12,434 bases of DNA, taken from positions 1-12,434 of the forward strand of contig JBHHXT010000141.1 of assembly GCA_046757165.1 (NCBI GenBank), in the 5' to 3' direction. Positions 1 to 7,441 of the stretch are shown here, one piece after another. Within the stretch, counting starts at the first letter, position 1. The number at the start of each line of letters is the position of its first letter. A program made the translations under genes and the position numbers. The DNA is from a bacterium (lineage in GTDB: Bacteria; Zhuqueibacterota; Zhuqueibacteria; Oceanimicrobiales; Oceanimicrobiaceae). The notes beneath the pieces were generated by a model. It did not search any database, was not told the origin of the DNA, and saw nothing but the letters and a program-made list of their open reading frames with translations.

Positions 1-87
1 TTCTTCATGAATCAAACAGTATTCACATAAACGTTCTGCGCGAATGGCGACTAACTCTCTGAGTTCTTCAGTAACATAGCCACTCAT
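1..87 (-). CDS. Probable HNH endonuclease, N-terminal fragment (runs off the left edge of the window)
   Basis: Not in the ORF track. Manual translation from the ATG at 87 gives MSGYVTEELRELVAIRAERLCEYCLIHEE. The 'LR..V..RA...CEYC' pattern is the typical N-terminus with the first CxxC of small McrA-like HNH endonucleases. The ATG overlaps the upstream stop (ATGA at 84-87). The HNH motif itself lies outside the window. Confidence 0.8.
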   Translation of the reverse strand, partial: MSGYVTEELRELVAIRAERLCEYCLIHEE

Positions 88-326
88 GAGGCAACGTACC
101 GACGAGCCCGTGCTTTTGCAAGCCTCATGATATGTTCTAACTGCATATAGTTGTCCAATTCTGATTTTTCTTCTGAAGTGAGGCTGCTGGTTTTTTCCTT
201 ATGAATCAAATTGGCCACACGTTCTTTTGCAGTCTGTGAAGGTTCATAGGCAATAACATCATCTGGTTTCGTACCGGCTGCAATAAAATCAATTAGCTCC
301 TCATATGCTTTCGTCGTGGTGCCCAT
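84..326 (-). CDS. Small helical hypothetical protein (80 aa), translationally coupled to the HNH gene; possible antitoxin or partner
   Basis: MGTTTKAYEELIDFIAAG...LTSEEKSELDNYMQLEHIMRLAKARARRYVAS. The start is trimmed from 449 to the ATG at 326, because the extra 41 codons run through intergenic hairpins. The 'LT.EE..ELD.Y..LEH.MRLAKARA' pattern resembles small proteins I recall upstream of HNH genes. The gene is AT-rich. Confidence 0.8.
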   Translation of the reverse strand: MGTTTKAYEELIDFIAAGTKPDDVIAYEPSQTAKERVANLIHKEKTSSLTSEEKSELDNYMQLEHIMRLAKARARRYVAS

Positions 327-371
327 AAGCCGGCGAAGCCGGAAATTCGAACTCCTAACTATGACAGATCT

Positions 372-408
372 AACAAAAACCTTGCGAAGGTTCGAAACCT
401 TCGCAAGG
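372..408 (-). terminator. Intrinsic terminator candidate for the hydrolase cluster (REP-like perfect hairpin followed by a U-tract)
   Basis: The minus strand reads CCTTGCGAAGGTT-TCG-AACCTTCGCAAGG (13-bp perfect stem, 380-408) immediately followed by TTTTTGTT (379-372). It lies about 120 nt downstream of the Amidase_2 stop. Confidence 0.7.
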
Positions 409-428
409 CTGCTCGGTTCAGACGAGCA

Positions 429-522
429 AGCATCCTCAAGGATGCTCAATCAAGGCCAGCGCCTCGACCAACAGGGCGCTTCAGCCTCCTTCCAAACCTG
501 AGCCGCGGGATTCATTCCGCGG
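429..522. repeat. Cluster of three further short inverted repeats
   Basis: AGCATCC-TCAA-GGATGCT (429-446); AGCGCC-N11-GGCGCT (458-480); CCGCGGGAT-TC-ATTCCGCGG (503-522, one mismatch). Confidence 0.6.
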
Positions 523-528
523 TGGTCC

Positions 529-3500
529 CTACTGCAGCAAAAGCATCTTCTTCGCAGCCACAAATTCGCCAGCCGTTAACCGATAAATATAGACGCCGCT
601 GGCCACGCGACGGCCCCGTCTGTCTAGACCATCCCACTGCACCCGGTAGACACCGGAACGCCGGCGATCGTCGACAAGGGTTCGGACTTTCTGTCCGAGC
701 GCATTGAAGATCTCGAGTTTGATATTTTTGCTGCCTGTGCCCTCCGGTACCTCGTACCGAATGGTCGTGCCCGGGTTGAACGGGTTCGGATAGTTTTGGC
801 GCAGGTGAAACCGCTTGGGCACGGCCGCCCGGGTGTCCTGGACCGAAGTCGTGATATCGAAATACTGCATCGCCCGCCCAATCACATCGGCGCGGACATC
901 CGGCGACTCGATGGTCTCGAATGTAAACGCGATGTAGATGAGCTGCGCTTCCTGGTCGCTGGTGCCATACTTGCCGGTGTACTGCACCGCAGCAATCCGA
1001 AGATTGTCATAACTCATCGCGACCTCGCTGCCGCCGTTCGGCAGGATGTAGTCAGGAAAATCCTCGATGTAAAGGTCGTCCGAGCTCAGGGTGCCGTAGG
1101 TGAAGTCCAACCCATCGAACACCGTGCCGCTGGCCCCGAGGACACGGTTCGAGCCAGAGAGATCTCCCAGGTAGCGTGCTTTCAGCAATTGTTGATAGCG
1201 GGCCTTTTCGGCAGAAGTCGTGGCATCAAAATCGTAGCCGATTTCGGAACCGGAGATGAAAAGCTTGCCGCCCTGCTCGAGATAGCTCATGAGCCGGCTC
1301 TGGTCGGCGGCCGCGAGAGACTCATCCGACCGGCTGTCATCGCCGCAGAAGTAGACGACGACCTCGTACTCATTCAGGTCGATGGCTCCGGTTTGAACCG
1401 CCGTTTCTGTGCAGGAGTCAAACCCGAAGCCATTGGCGGCCAGCGCCTCGCCATGACTGCGAACGAACGGATGGTGCGGTAATCGCCAGCTCGCCAGACG
1501 GTCGAAGTTGTCGACGATGAGAATATCTGCGGGTCTCTCAAAACCGACGCCGTAGATGTCTGTTGGCGGGCTCGAGAGCGGTTGCGGCTCCTGACCCTCG
1601 ATTTCAACGCGGTTTGTGTCCACGGCCACGACACGGAAGTAGACCGTCGGGCTGGTACCGGTGTAAGACACGATTTGCCGGGTCGCATCCGGTCCCAGCG
1701 TCTGCTCATCGTTGAGGGGGTCGTTCCATGTGCGGCCGTCTTCGCTCATGAACAAACGATAGCCGAGAATGTCCCCCTCCAGACCGGGATACCAGGCAAC
1801 TTCAATTTGCCGTGCAGCGCGGTCGAGGAGCTTCACCCATTTGAGCGTGGGAGCGGCAGGTTCGGTAAGCGGGTCGACCCGTTCGAAACGAAAGGCATCC
1901 AACATCAGACGCGTGTCCAAATCAGCCAACCCGCTGAGTTCGACATAGCCGGCCGCCGGATTTTCAGAAGAGAAGTGAACCGGAGTTGGGCTCAATGGCG
2001 CCCACTTTCTTAGATACACTCTGTTGTATTCAGCAAAATGGGGATGCTGCACCCCACTGGCACTGACAAATCTGTAGTGGGCGCTTTCTCCCAGAAAGGT
2101 GTTGTTCGAGGCCATCAACACCTGATAATCCCCGGTTTCCGCCACCACTGGAAATACACGAGCCCTGTGACTGCCGTCGTTATCTTGCACGATGAGCCGC
2201 ATGCCGTCATTCAGCCCCTCCAGGGAGACATCGCCGGCGTCCGTTTGCCATTGCCCGGAAATCTCAACCTCAGCATTGCGCATCGTGGAGGGTGACACGA
2301 TTTCGGCATGCAAGGCCTCGACTTCAATCTTGAACCGGTACTCGTACACCATGCCATGGGAAGGCTGGGCAAGGTCGGAGGCCTGCACTTCTACGAGCAC
2401 CGTTTGTGAGTTTGGAAAGACTTCTGCCGGGCGATATTGAATCCGGTATTCACTCGGCGTCCCTGTGATCTCGGGCGTCACCTGAGTCCCGTTGATGCGA
2501 ACGATGACGGAGCTGACATCGACACCTTCTTCGTCATCTCTCAGGGAGAACCCAATCGTGGCATCCGGCGGGATTTCCCGGGTGAAAGGTTGCGGCGCGG
2601 GATTGGCCACATAAGGCGCGCCAAAGCCAAGCGCGTTCCGGACGCGGTTGCGCAGTCCGGGCAGCTCGACATAGAGGTTGTCACCCGGGCAGTCCGTCGC
2701 TTTGTAGTCCCGATGGCCGAACAGGGAATCCGGATTCACGCCATAATGGTCAGAGAGCCAGCTCCACATGGCGACCACGCTGTCCAGGGCCTCCTGTGTC
2801 GGAAACTCGCCGGCAATTTCGAAATTGCCCATGTAGGCAATACCGATATTGCCGGTGTTATTGCCTCCCACGTGGGTGCCGCGAAAATCCGGTGGCACGC
2901 CCTCGTAAACCCGACCGGAATCATCCACGGTAAAATGGTATCCGATGTCCTGCCAGCCGCGCGCATTTTGATGAAAATCCTGGATAAACTTTTGTTCCGC
3001 AATTCCGTCGGCCAAGGTCGAAACCCGCTGACCGGCGGTATGATGCTGCGCAAAGCGGAACGGGTCATGCGGAACATAGTTGCCGATTGGCGGATTGGCC
3101 CCCCACTCTTCGCGGGTCACCGCTACCGGCCTGGGGATGGTGTCGGTTTGAGAAAACCGGAGATCGTCCCTGGGTTTGGCAGGGGCTGATTCTCCAGATG
3201 GCGCGGATTTCAGGTTCACCCCCTCGACCGCAAAGATCTCTATCTTCGCCGGCCATTTGGCGCCACGGTTTAGCCACCGGTATTTTATGCTCCGGGTTGT
3301 CTTGCCATCCTTCAAATCCAATTTCGCCCAAAACCGGCCTGTGTTAAACCGCTTCACGGTGACATCCTTCCAACCGCTCCACTTGCCTGTCTCATTCCGG
3401 AAGCTAAGCTGCAAAGCAAGGCTGGAATCCGAAATCGTGCCGTTTAAAAGAATGCGGTTAAAGGGCTCCCGACTCTGCGCACTCGCCGGAGACTGGTACG

Positions 3501-3663
3501 CAACCGAATCCGGCGCGCCCCTCGACAGATCCGCTTTGACCTCGACCTCGAGATTGGGGGCATTGTTAAACTTCAGCATCTCACCCGTCTCCTGCGCAAA
3601 CACTCCCCGGGTGAGAAACACAATCGTCGCCAAAACCGCAAGATATTTCGTCCATAGCTGCAT
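529..3663 (-). CDS. Secreted PGRP-like N-acetylmuramoyl-L-alanine amidase (Amidase_2) with Ig-like, golvesin/CBM-like, FN3 and alpha/beta accessory domains and a T9SS-type-A/FlgD-like C-terminal domain
   Basis: Signal peptide ending VFA/Q. PGRP motifs TREEWGA, HHTAG, HQNARGWQDIGYHF, GRVYEG, GNIGIAYMGNF, GHRD, TDCPG, so the Zn ligands His/His/Cys and the catalytic Tyr are present. FN3 motifs 'VAWYP..GYRL..VYFRVVAVD'. C-terminus 'LRQNYPNPFNP...WDG.D..G..VASGVYIYRL...KKMLLLQ'. The start is set at ATG 3663 (GAGAGGA ends 6 nt upstream); the alternative is 3678. Confidence 0.92.
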   Translation of the reverse strand: MQLWTKYLAVLATIVFLTRGVFAQETGEMLKFNNAPNLEVEVKADLSRGAPDSVAYQSPASAQSREPFNRILLNGTISDSSLALQLSFRNETGKWSGWKDVTVKRFNTGRFWAKLDLKDGKTTRSIKYRWLNRGAKWPAKIEIFAVEGVNLKSAPSGESAPAKPRDDLRFSQTDTIPRPVAVTREEWGANPPIGNYVPHDPFRFAQHHTAGQRVSTLADGIAEQKFIQDFHQNARGWQDIGYHFTVDDSGRVYEGVPPDFRGTHVGGNNTGNIGIAYMGNFEIAGEFPTQEALDSVVAMWSWLSDHYGVNPDSLFGHRDYKATDCPGDNLYVELPGLRNRVRNALGFGAPYVANPAPQPFTREIPPDATIGFSLRDDEEGVDVSSVIVRINGTQVTPEITGTPSEYRIQYRPAEVFPNSQTVLVEVQASDLAQPSHGMVYEYRFKIEVEALHAEIVSPSTMRNAEVEISGQWQTDAGDVSLEGLNDGMRLIVQDNDGSHRARVFPVVAETGDYQVLMASNNTFLGESAHYRFVSASGVQHPHFAEYNRVYLRKWAPLSPTPVHFSSENPAAGYVELSGLADLDTRLMLDAFRFERVDPLTEPAAPTLKWVKLLDRAARQIEVAWYPGLEGDILGYRLFMSEDGRTWNDPLNDEQTLGPDATRQIVSYTGTSPTVYFRVVAVDTNRVEIEGQEPQPLSSPPTDIYGVGFERPADILIVDNFDRLASWRLPHHPFVRSHGEALAANGFGFDSCTETAVQTGAIDLNEYEVVVYFCGDDSRSDESLAAADQSRLMSYLEQGGKLFISGSEIGYDFDATTSAEKARYQQLLKARYLGDLSGSNRVLGASGTVFDGLDFTYGTLSSDDLYIEDFPDYILPNGGSEVAMSYDNLRIAAVQYTGKYGTSDQEAQLIYIAFTFETIESPDVRADVIGRAMQYFDITTSVQDTRAAVPKRFHLRQNYPNPFNPGTTIRYEVPEGTGSKNIKLEIFNALGQKVRTLVDDRRRSGVYRVQWDGLDRRGRRVASGVYIYRLTAGEFVAAKKMLLLQ

Positions 3664-3738
3664 AATCTTTCCTCTCATACTATTGAAGTTAGTTGGAATG
3701 AAACTCTGCCTCCAGGTTCCCCCAACACGACAATGTCC

Positions 3739-3770
3739 CGTCTCACATTTGCCGTTTCACGTCTCACGTC
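3739..3770. repeat. Degenerate heptamer tandem repeat
   Basis: CGTCTCA CATTTGC CGTTTCA CGTCTCA CGTC, 7-nt period, directly after the M23 gene stop. Confidence 0.6.
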
Positions 3771-3771
3771 C

Positions 3772-6144
3772 TCATTTCAAAAGCACAATCGTCTGCGTTC
3801 TCTCGAAGCGACGGGCAGCATCGACTTCTTCGGCTCGTAAGCTCAAAATATAAACCCCGGCAGAGACGGGTCTCTCGAGATCGTCACGTCCCCGCCAGCT
3901 TACCCGGTGGACGCCGGCATGAACACGTCCCTGTACCAGCGTGCGGACTTTCTCGCCAAGCAAGTTGTAAACAACCATCGCCACTCTGGATTCGGCGGGC
4001 ACACCGTATTCTATCGTTGTCGCGGGGTTAAAGGGATTCGGGTAGTTGGGCGCAAGCCAGAACCCCTCCGGGACAGAAGCAGGCGTGTCCTCGTCCGCAG
4101 CCACAGATGTGATGTCGAAGAAAAATTGCAGAACGCGGGCGAAGACCTCGTTGCGGACCGCTTCGTCAGAGATCGTTTCGAACGGGAAGGTGGTGTAAAC
4201 CAGCCGCCCCGTTGCCACGCCCTCGCCAAATAGACCGGCCGACTGAATCGCCGCAATCTCACCCGTCGCATAACGCGCGCAGGCAACCGCACCTTCTCCA
4301 ACCGGAAGGATGAGATCCGGCGTCTCCACCCCATACGGCGTCTGCCCAAAATCGAACTGCAGACCTTCAAAAATCGCATCGTCCAGGCCCGTGACCTGCG
4401 TCCGGTTGGCTGCCTTGCCAGCGAAATCTGCTCTGAGAAAATCATGCAGGAACGCATCGTCCTCCGGAGTGGCGGCCGTTTCGGTGTCGACATCCAGGTC
4501 CCGGGCCACGTTTGCGCCGCTCAAAAACAGGGCACCGCCCTCCGCGAGATACGTCTGCACCAGAGCCTGCTCCTGCGTGCTGAAGGTTTCCGTCTCTGTC
4601 GATTCGTCGCCGAGAATCCAGAACACCGCCTCATAGCCGTTCAGATCCACCAGGCCAGCTTCGACGGCTTCGTTTGCTGCCGTATCGAAGCTAAACTGAT
4701 TTGCCACAAGCGCCTGGCCGTGCGTAAAAACAAAGAAATGATTCGGTTGGGTCCAGCCCCCGTCCTGCCGGTCGAAGCCGTCGACGAGGAGAACTTTCTT
4801 CAGAAAGGAGCCGTTGCTCATGCCGTAGACGTCCGAGGCGACACTTTCGTTTGGCAACGGGGCCTCATCAACCGCCGAAAGCCGAAAGTAGACGTCGCGA
4901 TTGAGCACCTGTAGAATGGTTGTGTCCACGATGCCAGCGGTGAAGACGTTTTCGTCCCGGAACAAAGACCAGCTCTGGTTGTCGAAGCTGAAGGCCAACC
5001 GGTAGCCGGCCAGGTCCGATTCGCCGTTTGGAAACCACGCCAGGCGGAGGCCCCCTTCGATCTCTTTCACAAACTTGAACGCAGGTTGTGCCGGGGCTTC
5101 CAGGTCGGACTCAACAATGGTGACAGCCGCAAAAACCGTGTCCACGTTTGCGCGCGTATCCTCAGTAAAGACCATGACAACATAGTCCCCCACCGGAAGC
5201 GCAGAGGTGTTCCAGAAATTGTCCTGCGACACATCGTTGGTGACCTGATAGACGTGGCTCGTCGTCGAGGAGAGCGACCTGAAATAGACGATATTGACGA
5301 ACGAATTGCTCGGCTTTGTGTCAAACTGAAATCGCACCCCGCCCGCCGGAGGCTCGAAAACGACAGTGCTCGTATCTGCGCTCAGGATTTTGTAGCCAAT
5401 TTTATAGGTGCCGTTGTTGCGCCGCGACGTTCGTGTCGTTGGTGGCCCGTTTTGCTCGTCTACTTTTACCACGATGTCGACCGGGCCGCTGAGGCGGTCC
5501 GCTGGCAGCTCGTTGGCTGTCTTGTTCTGGTAAAACTTGATGAAGCGAATAATCGGCGGCCACGGGTCCTCGTACGGGGTCAGCCCGGAGCCCGGCAGCA
5601 GGCTGTTTTTCTCGGAACCCACGAAGCCGTTTGTAAAATGCACATGCCCCAGACCTGATAAAATCGTGCCGAGCACGGTTTCAGAGGTGAAAACCGAGTC
5701 GCCGATGGAGAGCGCCGGGTTCGGACTGATGTGGACATAGGCCACATCCTGCACGCGCACGAAGGCACTCGAGCCCTGCGTCGAAAGGCTGGTCACGACA
5801 CCGTCCTTGACCGGGTACACCGGCGAGCCATCCGGCTTGGGGATGTCGGTTCCGTTGTGGAAATGCCCGTTCGGGCTCGTGCTCCGGTACTCCGCAAAGC
5901 TGCCCGTGATCTCCTGGCTCTGGTCAAACGGCGTGACCGGCCAGGGGAACTGAACCTGGGAGCTGGCCGGGCGCGCTGTCAGGACGACCATGAACGCTGC
6001 CAGCAGCATCCAGGGGTGGTCGAAAAAGAGACCTGTTCCCGCTTTCGGGGGCATGACAGAAAAACTGACCTCCTTAGACAGCCCGACGTCACAACTGCGC
6101 AACCCCCGGGTGTGTTTCCTGGAAAGTGGATTCTGGAAAATCAT
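3772..6144 (-). CDS. Secreted M23-family metalloendopeptidase with Ig-like, FN3 and alpha/beta accessory domains and a T9SS-type-A/FlgD-like C-terminal domain
   Basis: M23 signature: FPWPV..ITGSFAEYR..HFHNGTD (HxxxD)..GSPVYPVKDGVV..YVH..GHVHF (HxH). FN3 'LAWFPN.ESDLAGYRL...YFRLSAVD'. C-terminal NYPNPFNP...SAGVYIL domain. The start is uncertain: ATG 6144 overlaps the upstream stop (ATGA), and the in-frame ATG at 6054 lies nearer the hydrophobic signal ending PASS/Q. Confidence 0.9.
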   Translation of the reverse strand: MIFQNPLSRKHTRGLRSCDVGLSKEVSFSVMPPKAGTGLFFDHPWMLLAAFMVVLTARPASSQVQFPWPVTPFDQSQEITGSFAEYRSTSPNGHFHNGTDIPKPDGSPVYPVKDGVVTSLSTQGSSAFVRVQDVAYVHISPNPALSIGDSVFTSETVLGTILSGLGHVHFTNGFVGSEKNSLLPGSGLTPYEDPWPPIIRFIKFYQNKTANELPADRLSGPVDIVVKVDEQNGPPTTRTSRRNNGTYKIGYKILSADTSTVVFEPPAGGVRFQFDTKPSNSFVNIVYFRSLSSTTSHVYQVTNDVSQDNFWNTSALPVGDYVVMVFTEDTRANVDTVFAAVTIVESDLEAPAQPAFKFVKEIEGGLRLAWFPNGESDLAGYRLAFSFDNQSWSLFRDENVFTAGIVDTTILQVLNRDVYFRLSAVDEAPLPNESVASDVYGMSNGSFLKKVLLVDGFDRQDGGWTQPNHFFVFTHGQALVANQFSFDTAANEAVEAGLVDLNGYEAVFWILGDESTETETFSTQEQALVQTYLAEGGALFLSGANVARDLDVDTETAATPEDDAFLHDFLRADFAGKAANRTQVTGLDDAIFEGLQFDFGQTPYGVETPDLILPVGEGAVACARYATGEIAAIQSAGLFGEGVATGRLVYTTFPFETISDEAVRNEVFARVLQFFFDITSVAADEDTPASVPEGFWLAPNYPNPFNPATTIEYGVPAESRVAMVVYNLLGEKVRTLVQGRVHAGVHRVSWRGRDDLERPVSAGVYILSLRAEEVDAARRFERTQTIVLLK
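6035..6057. repeat. Degenerate dRS3-like / 'VIPAKAGI'-type palindromic element inside the 5' end of the M23 ORF
   Basis: The + strand reads GTTCCC-GCTTTCGG-GGGCAT-GAC, two mismatches from ATTCCC-N8-GGGAAT-GAC. It translates on the minus strand as VMPPKAGT. Confidence 0.5.
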
Positions 6145-7439
6145 CTTGCCTCGTACCAGTAGGTGGCGCGTCTAAATCTGACAAACAGCGTGCGCTGGTC
6201 CTCCGAAAAGAAAAGCCCTGGATGCGCGAACGTCTGTTCCGGAAAACCGTGCTCCTGTTGCAGGGCACCAGCCGGTCCGTATAGCTTCAGAATGGGGTTG
6301 ATAAACAGAAATCCGCTGCTGGTGTATTCACTTCTTGCCACCAACAGAGCGGCCAGGAGGCCCTGGTTCAGGATTCGTACCCCTGCGATCATCCCCTCCC
6401 GCCTTGAAATCTTTGCCGTCCAGAGGATCCGGCCCGATGGCAGGGCAACCACCGCTGCCCGGCTGTTTTCCGCCAGCAGCAAGCGTTTTGAATCCGCTGA
6501 GAAAGCTGCTCTCTTGAACAAAAAGTCATTTTCGCCCAGTTGCTTGCCCTCCTTGTCAAAAATGACGGTTGATTTGCTGACGGTGCCCTCCTTTTGCACA
6601 GAGTAGCTGCCTGCAGCAACAAACTCGCCGTCCGGAGAAATTGCCACCTGCAGCCCACTCTGGCCACGCAACACCACTCGCCACCTCTCCTCGCCAGTAC
6701 GCGAAAAATAAAAAACGTGCGGCCGGGCAGAAGGGTCCGGCGCTGCCGAACCGGGCGGCGCGGCGCCACGCTGACCGGCGACAGCGGCCAGCCACAAACC
6801 GTTGTCGCTCAGATCCAGATGAAGCGTGCGCTCCAGATCGTACGACGCCCCGGGGAAGAGATCGACCTGCCGTCTCAGGGCACCGTTTGCGTCATGAAAC
6901 AGAATCCGGCCGATCGGCGCAAGCCCCAGGACAAGCGCACCCTCGTCATCCGAAAGCAGCATGGAGGGCACACCCTCGTCATAAGCCACACCATGTTGCA
7001 GCGTAAACCGCTTGACCGCCTCCGACGTGTACACCTCGATGATGAGCGTTCTGTCGCTGACATTCCCATCCTGTGCCCACCTGGCGACGCCGACGTATCT
7101 TCCGCCCCTGGAGAGGATGGTCATGACCTGTCCAGTCGGGAGATCGAGTTTACGCCACACGTCGTTTTCAACCCGCCAAATCGATGCCTCTGTCACCGCG
7201 ATGAACGAATTGGGGAACGCATGAGAACGGTACCATGAAGAGACCTGCTCCCGGTGCTCAGCCATCCGAACCAGCTCGAACTTTGCCGGCTTTGTGCTCT
7301 GGCTCTGAACAGACGCGCCGGAGATAAGAAGGGCCGCAAAAGCCAGGCAGAAAAATGCCACCGGCTGGCGTAAGGTTCTCTTCGGGCCGTCCCTTCTGCT
7401 TTCCCCGGATACGTTTGGGCAAAGAGGCGCTGCAACCAT
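6141..7439 (-). CDS. Exported hypothetical protein, probable WD40/YVTN-like beta-propeller
   Basis: Hydrophobic signal (VAFFCLAFAALLISGASVQS/Q). Repeated blade-like motifs LSRGGRYVGV, LSDDEGALVL, LSDNGLWLAA, ISPDGEFVAAGS, FSADSKRLLLA, FSEDQRTLFV. It starts 2 nt after the upstream stop and its stop overlaps the next ATG. It has no NYPNPFNP domain. Confidence 0.8.
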   Translation of the reverse strand: MVAAPLCPNVSGESRRDGPKRTLRQPVAFFCLAFAALLISGASVQSQSTKPAKFELVRMAEHREQVSSWYRSHAFPNSFIAVTEASIWRVENDVWRKLDLPTGQVMTILSRGGRYVGVARWAQDGNVSDRTLIIEVYTSEAVKRFTLQHGVAYDEGVPSMLLSDDEGALVLGLAPIGRILFHDANGALRRQVDLFPGASYDLERTLHLDLSDNGLWLAAVAGQRGAAPPGSAAPDPSARPHVFYFSRTGEERWRVVLRGQSGLQVAISPDGEFVAAGSYSVQKEGTVSKSTVIFDKEGKQLGENDFLFKRAAFSADSKRLLLAENSRAAVVALPSGRILWTAKISRREGMIAGVRILNQGLLAALLVARSEYTSSGFLFINPILKLYGPAGALQQEHGFPEQTFAHPGLFFSEDQRTLFVRFRRATYWYEAR

Positions 7440-7441
7440 GA

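Noticed and set aside
350..430. Integron attC site ahead of the AT-rich module (GTTAGAT on the minus strand at 368-374 matches GTTRRRY)
   Set aside because: There is no convincing complementary RYYYAAC box at a suitable distance and no integrase in view.
327..449. N-terminal 41-codon extension of the 84-449 ORF
   Set aside because: It runs through the terminator hairpin (the peptide LAKVSNLRKV is the palindrome read in frame). The ATG at 326 gives a compact, protein-like sequence.
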